Origin: Myxococcota bacterium
GTDB lineage: Bacteria; Myxococcota_A; UBA9160; UBA6930
Direction of reading: 5' to 3'
Length of the DNA: 64,000 nt
NCBI GenBank assembly: GCA_965223415.1
Contig: OZ245002.1
Span: 1,504,001-1,568,000, forward strand
A program made the translations under genes and the position numbers. The notes under the pieces are model-generated. The model was not told the origin of the DNA. It worked only from the letters and a program-made list of their open reading frames with translations, and did no database searches. Of this stretch, positions 56,186 to 64,000 are shown piece after piece. Positions within the stretch are counted from its first letter, which is position 1. Each line of letters starts with the position of its first letter.

Positions 56186-57319
56186 TCAGCTGGTGGCCGC
56201 ACCCGTGAGCAGCTCCCGCACGACCAGCAGCTTCATCACCTCTTCGGCACCGTCGCCGATCTGCCATCCGATCACGTCACGCAGGCGCTGCTGGATCGGG
56301 AGCTGCTTGGTGTAGCCGTAGTGGCCGTGGAGCGTCAGACACTTGTGGATGACGTCGGCGGCGGTCTTCGGCGCCCACCATTTGACCATCGCGCCCTCGT
56401 GGCGGCAGGGCATGTCGTTCTGCCGCATCCACAGCACGCGGTAGCAGCCCAGCCGGGCGTGATCGAGCAGGGTCACGCCTTCGGCCAGGGGAAAGGTCAC
56501 TCCCTGGTGCGCGGTCATGGGCTGCCCGAACACGTGCCGCTTGCTCGCGTAGTTCACAGTCTCCGCGACGCTCTGGAGCGCGGCGCCGACGCACTTGAGC
56601 CCGATGATCGCCCGGTTGACGTCGAAGAAGCGGCTGATGCGGATGAAGGCGGTGCCCGGTGGGCCGACCATCGCGTCCGCGGGCACCCTGACGTCGTCCA
56701 TTCGCAGGATCCCACGCGGGACGGCGCGGCATCCGAGATCGTCGTAGGGCTCGAAGGAAAGGCCCTTCGTGTCCCGGGGAACCAGGAAGCCCGAGATCCC
56801 CTGCCAGCCGCTGGCCTTCGGATCGGTGCGGACGAACACGTAGAAGACGTCGGCGTTCAGGAAGCTGACCGAGTTCTTCACGCCGGAGAGCACCCACTCG
56901 TCGGCCTGCGGCCCCCCCGTGGCTTCGAGGCGGGCCATGTCCGAGCCGGCGGCGGGCTCGGTGATGCCGAGGGCGATGGTCGCGCGACCGGACAGGAGCT
57001 CTTCCGCCCACCGCTCGCTCTGCGCGGCGGAGAAGTCGGACATGAACTGGCTCTGATAGGGACGGCCCAGGGTCGGCAGCACGCAGTTGAAGTCGCCCCG
57101 AGCGACCTCCTCGGCGGTGATGCCGACGCTGACCAGGTCCCAGCCTGCCTCCCGTCCTCGCCAGAAGTCCTCGGCGAAGCGATTGATGCGCCGGATCTGA
57201 TCGTGGGGGTAGGCCTCGCGGTCGCCCTCGGCGTAGCGCGGGAGGAGCTCGTCCCGAGCGATGCGGCGCAACGCCTCGCGGTACTCCTCCTGGTCCGGCG
57301 TGAAGCTGAAGTCGAGCAT
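56186..57319 (-). CDS. Acyl-CoA dehydrogenase (cyclohexanecarboxyl-CoA dehydrogenase-like)
   Basis: ITEPAAGSD, MVKWWAP, HGHYGY, RDVIGWQIGDGA. Confidence 0.88.
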   Translation of the reverse strand: MLDFSFTPDQEEYREALRRIARDELLPRYAEGDREAYPHDQIRRINRFAEDFWRGREAGWDLVSVGITAEEVARGDFNCVLPTLGRPYQSQFMSDFSAAQSERWAEELLSGRATIALGITEPAAGSDMARLEATGGPQADEWVLSGVKNSVSFLNADVFYVFVRTDPKASGWQGISGFLVPRDTKGLSFEPYDDLGCRAVPRGILRMDDVRVPADAMVGPPGTAFIRISRFFDVNRAIIGLKCVGAALQSVAETVNYASKRHVFGQPMTAHQGVTFPLAEGVTLLDHARLGCYRVLWMRQNDMPCRHEGAMVKWWAPKTAADVIHKCLTLHGHYGYTKQLPIQQRLRDVIGWQIGDGAEEVMKLLVVRELLTGAATS

Positions 57320-57386
57320 CGAGCCTTCGGTCCCGCCACCGCCTCCCGTCTGGTGTTCTCGGGACGCCCAGTCTAGCGTGGACGCC

Positions 57387-57902
57387 ATGCCGGATGCCCT
57401 TCCCGCCGATCTCCAGAGGCTCCTCGACGAGCGCGCGATCACCGAGGTGCTGCACCGCTACTGCCGCGGCGTCGACCGGCTGCACGAGGAGCTCCTCGCT
57501 TCCGCCTATCACGAGGACAGCCACGACGACCACGGCCTCTTCAAGGGCACGGGGCGCGAGTTCGCGCGCTTCGTGGTGAAGGTGCTGCGGGAGCACGCCG
57601 ACGCGACCCAGCACTGCCTGACGAACGTGAGGATCGAGGTGGACGGCGAGGTGGCCCATTGCGAGAGCTACGTCGTCGCCCGGCACTGGCGGGAACGAGA
57701 GGACAGCACGCGGCTCGAGACCGCCGGCGGGCGCTATATCGACCGCCTCGACAGGCGGAGCGGCGAGTGGAAGATCGCGCACCGCGTGGTCGTGCTCGAG
57801 TGGGGCACCGTCGAAGAGGTCGTCCGCCCCTTCCCGATGGAGGGCTACGAGCGCGGCCGACGCTCCCGCGACGATCTCTCCTACCGTCGGCCTCTTCCAT
57901 GA
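57387..57902 (+). CDS. NTF2/SnoaL-like protein
   Basis: YCRGVDR, DDHG.F.G, GGRYIDR. Confidence 0.87.
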   Translation: MPDALPADLQRLLDERAITEVLHRYCRGVDRLHEELLASAYHEDSHDDHGLFKGTGREFARFVVKVLREHADATQHCLTNVRIEVDGEVAHCESYVVARHWREREDSTRLETAGGRYIDRLDRRSGEWKIAHRVVVLEWGTVEEVVRPFPMEGYERGRRSRDDLSYRRPLP

Positions 57903-58010
57903 GGCCGGGCTCATCGACGCCGGCGCTCACTCGCGTACCATGAAGCCGGATCTCGCGGCCGCCCGGGGACGACGGACGCCTCGACACCGCGGGCCCGCAG
58001 GGAGTCCTCC

Positions 58011-59756
58011 ATGACCCAGGTAGACGGCGGCGAGCTGTTCGTCCGCGTGCTCCGCAGCGCGGGCATCGACACCGTGTTCACCCTTCACGGCGGCCACCTG
58101 GACGCGATCCTCCAGGCCGCGGCGGCGGACGGCATGCGCCTGGTCGACATGCGCCACGAGCAGGCCGCGGGCCACGCCGCCGACGGCTGGGCGCGAACCA
58201 CCGGACAGGTGGGGGTCGCGATCGTCACCGCGGGGCCGGGCTTCACGGATTGTGTGACTGCCATCGCCAACGCCTACCTCGATTGCGTGCCCACGCTCTT
58301 CGTCGCCGGCGCCGCTCCCCTGCGGGAGGCGGAGACCCTTCCGCTCCAGGGCGGCATCGACCAGGTCGCGATGGTCGCGCCCATCACCAAGTGGGCGCTC
58401 CAGGTGACCCATACCGAGCGCATTCCCGACCTGACCGCCCAGGCCCTGCGCGTCGCCAGCTCCGGGCGGCCCGGTCCGGTGTTCCTCGAGCTTCCCATCG
58501 ACGTGCTCTTCTCGCGGGTCGACGAGGGGGCCGTGCGCATGCCGACGCGCATCGCCCCGGACGCCGCTCCCGCGCCGCCGGCGCGCAGCGTGGAGCAGGT
58601 GGTGGACCTGCTGCGCGAGGCCGAGCGTCCCGCCATCCTGGCGGGCGGGGGCGTCTGGTTCTCGGGAGGCGGAGCGGAGCTCCTGGCCCTGGCCCGCCGC
58701 ACCCGCACGCCGGTCTTCTCCAACGCCAAGGCTCACGGCCTCGTGCCGGGAGCCGACCCGCTGTGCGGCCGCGGCTTCGCGAACCTCGCGATCGCCGCGG
58801 CGGTCGGCGCCGAAGCGGACCTGGTCCTCGTGCTGGGCGCGCGCCTCGGCCTCTTCACCGGCGGCCGGGGCGCGCGGCTCATTCCCACCGGCGCGCGGCT
58901 GGTGCAGATCGACATCGCCGCCGAGGAGATCGGCCGCAACCGGGAGCCGGACCTGGCGATCGTCGCCGACTGCCGGGAGGCCCTGGCGGCCCTCGACGAG
59001 GTGGCCGCCGGGCACGCATGGCCCGAGCGCAGCGAGTGGCTCCGCGCGATCCAAGGCGTGCGAGAGGGCCACCGGGCGAGCTTCGCGGCGGCCCTGGAGC
59101 AGGACAAGCCGCCGATCCATCCCTACCGCCTGGCCTCGGAGGTGGCGGCGGCCCTTCCCGAGGGCACGATCGTGACCGCCGACGGGGGCGAGACCGCCTC
59201 CTGGATGGACATGGTCGCCCGCGTCCCCGCCGGCGGGAGCTGGATGTCCCACGGCTACCTGGGCTGCCTCGGCACGGGCATGCCCTTCGCGATCGCAGCG
59301 AAGGTGGCGCATCCGGATCGCCCGGTGCTCTGCATCGTGGGCGACGGCTCCGTCGGGCTGAACTTCTCCGAGTTCGACACGATGGTGCGTCACCAGCTCC
59401 CGATCGTGACGGTCGTGAACAACGATCAGATCTGGGGCATGTCCGCCCATGGCCAAGACCTCATCTACGGCGAGGGCAAGCGCGTGGTGACGGAGCTGGG
59501 ACCGACCCGTTACGACCTGGCGGCGGCGGGATTCGGCGTCCACGCGGAGCACGTGACGGAGCCCGGGGACCTCCCGGCGGCCCTCGAGCGGGCCTTCGCG
59601 AGCGGAAAGCCCGCCTGCGTCAACGTCATGTCGGATCCGTCGGTGATCGCGCCGGTGACGGTCTCGATGGTGGGGGCACCCCGGCCCAAGGAGCCCGCCG
59701 GAGAGAGCGAGTCGATCCAGATCCCCTACTACGAAGACATCGAGGAGTCCCGGTGA
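58011..59756 (+). CDS. ThDP-dependent enzyme, benzaldehyde-lyase-like
   Basis: LHGGHLD, RHEQAAGHAADG, LQGGIDQVAM, HGYLG, GDGSVG..NN. Confidence 0.88.
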   Translation: MTQVDGGELFVRVLRSAGIDTVFTLHGGHLDAILQAAAADGMRLVDMRHEQAAGHAADGWARTTGQVGVAIVTAGPGFTDCVTAIANAYLDCVPTLFVAGAAPLREAETLPLQGGIDQVAMVAPITKWALQVTHTERIPDLTAQALRVASSGRPGPVFLELPIDVLFSRVDEGAVRMPTRIAPDAAPAPPARSVEQVVDLLREAERPAILAGGGVWFSGGGAELLALARRTRTPVFSNAKAHGLVPGADPLCGRGFANLAIAAAVGAEADLVLVLGARLGLFTGGRGARLIPTGARLVQIDIAAEEIGRNREPDLAIVADCREALAALDEVAAGHAWPERSEWLRAIQGVREGHRASFAAALEQDKPPIHPYRLASEVAAALPEGTIVTADGGETASWMDMVARVPAGGSWMSHGYLGCLGTGMPFAIAAKVAHPDRPVLCIVGDGSVGLNFSEFDTMVRHQLPIVTVVNNDQIWGMSAHGQDLIYGEGKRVVTELGPTRYDLAAAGFGVHAEHVTEPGDLPAALERAFASGKPACVNVMSDPSVIAPVTVSMVGAPRPKEPAGESESIQIPYYEDIEESR

Positions 59757-60274
59757 CCACCTTCGACCCCGACCGAAGCTGGGCTGCGCTCGAGCGGCGC
59801 ATGGAGACGGAGAAGGACCCCCGGCGGCGACAGCTGTTGGCCCAGGTACGGGACCATATGCGCACGGAGATCGGCGGACAGCTCGACCCGCTGATGGCCA
59901 CCCTGGTCGACGAGCCGCGCTACCACTTCCGCGGGCTCGGCTTCGACATGGGCCCGAAGGGACGCGAGGCCGTCCACGCCTTCTACAAGGACATGATCGC
60001 GGGCGGCGGAAACCGCTTCATGTTCGACATCCAGCGCATCGTCGTGGACGAGAACGCTGTCGTGACCGAGGGCTTCATGCGCACCACGACGACCGGCGCG
60101 GACCTCATCGCGAGCGGCGTCAGCGAGGTGGACGGCCAGCCCGTGGAGGCCGGGGCCCGCTATCTCTCCGAGAGCCTGATCCTGACCGTCTGGCCCGCCG
60201 ACGAGGACGGGCGCCTGGTGGGCGAGGACATCTGGTTCGGCAGCCCGCCCAACTCGAAGCTCAGCCGGCTCTAG
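59753..60274 (+). CDS. NTF2/SnoaL-like protein
   Basis: GTGA coupling; HM..E..G.LD.LMATL..EPRY; GRLVGED. Confidence 0.75.
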   Translation: MTTFDPDRSWAALERRMETEKDPRRRQLLAQVRDHMRTEIGGQLDPLMATLVDEPRYHFRGLGFDMGPKGREAVHAFYKDMIAGGGNRFMFDIQRIVVDENAVVTEGFMRTTTTGADLIASGVSEVDGQPVEAGARYLSESLILTVWPADEDGRLVGEDIWFGSPPNSKLSRL

Positions 60275-60301
60275 CCGCCTGCGAACCGGGAGACGCACCA
60301 G

Positions 60302-62230
60302 GTGCCGTCGAAGAGAAGGATTGCCGCCCTCGTCCTCGCGGCGCTCGCGACGCCGGCCTGCCAGCAGGCCGCGCCCCCCGAGCGCGGAGCCGGAACCGCC
60401 GCGACGTGGACGGCCTGGGGCGGCACGCCGGGCGGCGGCCACTATTCGCCGGCCACCCAGATCACGCGGGAGAACGTGCGCTGGCTGAGGCCGGCCTGGG
60501 AGCACCGCTCCGGGGACATTCGCCATCCGGGCCACCCCAGCGAGTACGGCATGCCGCTTCCCGCTAGCGGCTTCCAGACGACACCGATCGTCATCGACGA
60601 CACGCTCTACTACTGCTCGTCGTTCAACATGGTCTTCGCGCTGGACGCCGAGACCGGCGAGGAAAAGTGGCGCTTCGACCCGGAGCTCGATAAGAGCGTG
60701 CACCTGCTGCCGAACTGCCGCGGCGTGAGCAGCTGGCGATCCGGTGGCGAAGGCCCCTGCGAGCACCGCATCTTCGTGGGCACCCTCGACGCGCGGCTGA
60801 TCGCCCTCGATGCCGCGACCGGTGAGCGATGCACCGGCTTCGGCGAGGGCGGCGAAGTCGACGTCACCCATCGGATCTCCGAGCACCAGCCGATCGAATA
60901 CAGCATCACCTCCCCTCCGGCGATCCTGGGCGACCTGGTGATCACCGGCTCCCTGGTGCTCGACAACACCCGTACCGACGCGCCTAGCGGGGTGGTGCGC
61001 GCCTACGACGTCCGCAGCGGCGAGCTCCGCTGGGCATGGAACCCGGTACGCGAAGGCATGGAGGGCCTGAACGAGGATGGCACCTATCGAAGCGGCACCA
61101 CCAACGTCTGGTCGGTGATCGCCGTCGACGAGGCGCGGAAGCTCGTCTTCGTGCCCACGGGCAACACCAACCCGGACTACTTCGGCGGGCACCGCAAGGG
61201 CCTCGACCACTACTCCAGCTCCGTCGTCGCCCTCCACGGCGATACGGGTGAGGTCGCCTGGCACTACCAGATGGTCCACCACGACCTGTGGGACTACGAC
61301 ACCCCGTCCCAGCCGACGCTCATGGACCTGCGCATCAGCGACGAGACCGTACCGGTCGTCGTCCAGGTCACGAAGATGGGCATGACCTTCGTGCTCCACC
61401 GCGAGACCGGCGAGCCCGTGTGGCCGGTGGACGAGCGCCCGGTGCCCCAAGGCGCGGTGGAGGGCGAGTACCTCTCCCCGACGCAGCCCTTCCCGACCCA
61501 CGTCCCCCACCTGCTGCCTCCGCTCACCCCCGAAGACGCCTGGGGCTTCACCTTCCTCGACGAGGGGGCCTGTCGCGATCGGATGCAGGAGCTGCGTTAC
61601 GAAGGCATCTACACGCCGCCGTCGCTCCAGGGCTCGATCCTCTACCCGAGCAACGGGGGTGGCAACAACTGGGGTTCGCCCGCCATCCACCCTGGAGAGG
61701 GGATGATGCTGGTCGTCACCTGGCGCCTCCCGGCCACCTCTCGCCTGATCCCGCGCGATCGTTGCGAGGGCGTTCTGCAGCAGCAGGCCGGAACGCCCTA
61801 CTGCGTCGAGACGGACCTGCTCACCTCTCCCATCGGCGTGCCCTGCACCGCGCCGCCCTGGGGCACCCTGGACGCGGTCGACCTGGCAGCCGGCGGGATC
61901 CGCTGGAGCGTCCCCCTGGGCACGACCCGGGACATGGCGCCCTTCCCCTTCTGGTGGATCCGGGGCATTCCGGGCGTCGGGGGACCGATCGTCACCTCCA
62001 CCGGGCTCGTCTTCGTCGGCGCCGCCATGGAGCACGTGCTCCGCGCCCATGACCTCGCCAACGGCGAGGTCCTCTGGGAGGGAGACCTGCCGACCTCCGC
62101 GAACTCGGTTCCGATGAGCTACCAGGTGCGCGAAGGCGGTCGCCAGTACGTGGTCGTCGCGGCCGGGGGGCATTGGGGCGCGCCGACTCCAGTGGGAGAC
62201 CACCTGGTGGCCTTCGCGCTGCCCGAATAA
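60302..62230 (+). CDS. PQQ-dependent dehydrogenase (glucose/quinate/shikimate-like), lipoprotein
   Basis: Signal peptide with Cys; YSPATQITRENV, HHDLWDYD, GGNNWG, APPWG, PMSY..GRQYVV. Confidence 0.92.
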   Translation: MPSKRRIAALVLAALATPACQQAAPPERGAGTAATWTAWGGTPGGGHYSPATQITRENVRWLRPAWEHRSGDIRHPGHPSEYGMPLPASGFQTTPIVIDDTLYYCSSFNMVFALDAETGEEKWRFDPELDKSVHLLPNCRGVSSWRSGGEGPCEHRIFVGTLDARLIALDAATGERCTGFGEGGEVDVTHRISEHQPIEYSITSPPAILGDLVITGSLVLDNTRTDAPSGVVRAYDVRSGELRWAWNPVREGMEGLNEDGTYRSGTTNVWSVIAVDEARKLVFVPTGNTNPDYFGGHRKGLDHYSSSVVALHGDTGEVAWHYQMVHHDLWDYDTPSQPTLMDLRISDETVPVVVQVTKMGMTFVLHRETGEPVWPVDERPVPQGAVEGEYLSPTQPFPTHVPHLLPPLTPEDAWGFTFLDEGACRDRMQELRYEGIYTPPSLQGSILYPSNGGGNNWGSPAIHPGEGMMLVVTWRLPATSRLIPRDRCEGVLQQQAGTPYCVETDLLTSPIGVPCTAPPWGTLDAVDLAAGGIRWSVPLGTTRDMAPFPFWWIRGIPGVGGPIVTSTGLVFVGAAMEHVLRAHDLANGEVLWEGDLPTSANSVPMSYQVREGGRQYVVVAAGGHWGAPTPVGDHLVAFALPE

Positions 62231-62238
62231 CACGAGGT

Positions 62239-64000
62239 ATGCTCGTCGGCATGCGTGTGCTGGCGGCCGGCCTCGTCCTCCTCCTCTCGCTCGCGGCTCG
62301 CGCCGACGACGAACGCCGGCTCAGCCATCTCGCCCTCGACGTGATGATCGAGGGACAGGCGCGGGTGATGGGCATCGCCGATCGCATGCGAATCGACGGA
62401 GCCGATCTCTGCGGGCGGAACGTCGCCCCGGTGGTCGGCGCCTTCGCGGCCGACCGCAAGACCATCGATGACATGTACCGCGACAAGGACTTCGTCGACC
62501 CGTTCATCGACGCGGGCATCGAACGCTGGGAGCTGACCCGACAGCCGAGAATCCTGCGAGTGGTTCCCGGACTGCCGGCCGCGGAGGCCGGGCTCGGGCC
62601 GGGCGACCTGGTGGTCGCCGTCGACGGGAAGAAGGTGAGGAAGCGCGTCTTCCTCGACGTTCTGCGGGGGCGCGGGAAGAAGGGCACGCTCCAGCTCGAC
62701 GTCGAGCGCGCCGGCGCGGTGCAGTCGATCCCGGTCGAAGTGCGGATGGGATGCGCCATCCCGAGCCGCTTCATGCACGGCCCGGACATCAACGCCTTCG
62801 CAACGAGCTTCGGGAGCCTTACGGGCATCTACTTCTACAGCGGCCTTCTCCGCTACTTCCCCGACGACGACCACCTGGCGATGATCGTCGGGCACGAGCT
62901 GGCCCATCACGTCCTCGGCCACACGAACCAACCGCGCACCAGCGAGCGGATCGAGGCCGAGGCCGACTACCTGGGCCTCTACTTCGCGGCGCGATCCGGC
63001 TTCGACATCTCGGTGGCGCCGGAGGTGGAAGAGGCCCTGGCGAGGACCACGCCCTACCAGTCGATCCAATGGGGCTACTACTCCCATCCGATCTCGGCGC
63101 GGCGTTCCCTCGAGCAGCGTGCGGCCATCGAGGAGATCGAGGGCAAGCGGAGTCGGGGCGAGTCCCTCGTCCCGGAGAAGGGGAGGCGATGGCTCGAGCG
63201 TCCGGAAGCCGACGAGGCCGAGGTCGACGAGTACACGGCCAGGCTTCGCGAGCAGGCGCTGGAGCTGTTCCGCTCCCATCAGGCTGCGATCCAGCGCGTG
63301 AGCCATCGCCTCGCCACGGCGGGCACCGACGTCTGCGGCCCGCGCACGTCGCCGGTCCTCGGCGCCACCCTCGGCCGGGTCCGCGACTTTGCACACGCGA
63401 AGCAGGAAGAGGTGGAGGCCGCCTTCGGGGTCGGGGAAGAGGTGACGGTCTTCGCGGTCGCCGAGGGCTCACCGGCGGCGGAGGCTGGCCTCCGGGTCGC
63501 GGACCGCGTACTCGAGGCCGCCGGCGATCGCGTCACCCGCACGAAGCACGTCTTCGAACGACTGCGGCGTTCGGAGGGAGGCCCCATCGCGCTCCGCGTC
63601 GGGCGCGGCGACGAGACGCTCGAGCTCTCGCTCCGGTCGGTTCCGGGGTGTGAGTTCGGCGTCATGACGGCGCCAAGCACGAGCATCTCGACCTGGAACC
63701 ACGACAACGAGAAGGAGATGTTCGTTCCCACCGGCCTCGTCCGCTTCGCTCGCGACGACGACGAGCTCGCCTTCGCGATCGCCCACCAGATGGGTCATCA
63801 CCTGGTGGGAAGCTTCCGGACCGAGGAGGACGAGCCCCGAGCCGACGAGCTCGGCCTCCGCATCGCCGCGAGGGCCGGCTTCGACGTGGGCCGGGCGCCG
63901 GCCTTCTGGGACCGTTGGGCCGCCGAGCAGTTCTGGACCATCAGCGACGACATGGACGGCACCTACATCCGGCACGGCGCGATGGCGGTGAGAGCCCCGG
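62239..64000 (+). CDS. Secreted M48 metallopeptidase with two tandem PDZ-M48 modules; runs off the window edge
   Basis: Not in the ORF track. Manual translation shows a signal peptide, PAAEAGL PDZ twice, INAFA..GHELAH..EAEAD..SHP, and a second module AHQMGH..EPRAD. Confidence 0.85.
   Translation, partial: MLVGMRVLAAGLVLLLSLAARADDERRLSHLALDVMIEGQARVMGIADRMRIDGADLCGRNVAPVVGAFAADRKTIDDMYRDKDFVDPFIDAGIERWELTRQPRILRVVPGLPAAEAGLGPGDLVVAVDGKKVRKRVFLDVLRGRGKKGTLQLDVERAGAVQSIPVEVRMGCAIPSRFMHGPDINAFATSFGSLTGIYFYSGLLRYFPDDDHLAMIVGHELAHHVLGHTNQPRTSERIEAEADYLGLYFAARSGFDISVAPEVEEALARTTPYQSIQWGYYSHPISARRSLEQRAAIEEIEGKRSRGESLVPEKGRRWLERPEADEAEVDEYTARLREQALELFRSHQAAIQRVSHRLATAGTDVCGPRTSPVLGATLGRVRDFAHAKQEEVEAAFGVGEEVTVFAVAEGSPAAEAGLRVADRVLEAAGDRVTRTKHVFERLRRSEGGPIALRVGRGDETLELSLRSVPGCEFGVMTAPSTSISTWNHDNEKEMFVPTGLVRFARDDDELAFAIAHQMGHHLVGSFRTEEDEPRADELGLRIAARAGFDVGRAPAFWDRWAAEQFWTISDDMDGTYIRHGAMAVRAP

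Overview
High-GC bacterial chromosomal segment, gene-dense, with about 60 CDS and no rRNA, tRNA, CRISPR array or transposase that I can see. The gene mix suggests a Myxococcota/deltaproteobacterial-type organism, which is inference only. It carries housekeeping genes (murQ, mutS2, folC, fbaB, cyclophilin, alkA, murA), three patatins, an ECF sigma/anti-sigma/PspC module, an RND pump and a long lipid/aromatic catabolic block (44.4-62.2 kb). The most striking unexplained signal is at 18592-18828. Between two convergent genes lie a 21-bp dyad, a perfect sigma54 -24/-12 promoter with no credible CDS behind it, and an ~80-nt structured, U-terminated RNA with a C-rich anti-Shine-Dalgarno-like bulge. 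This is a candidate sigma54-dependent regulatory sRNA. Other signals: two families of long perfect REP/REPIN-like palindromes at gene 3' ends, three matching sigma28-like promoters, a GH36-HAD fusion, a Cys-to-Asp MurA, a doubled PDZ-M48 protease with one likely inactive site, a frameshifted gene and a deleted AraC pseudogene. All product calls come from motif recognition, not database searches.
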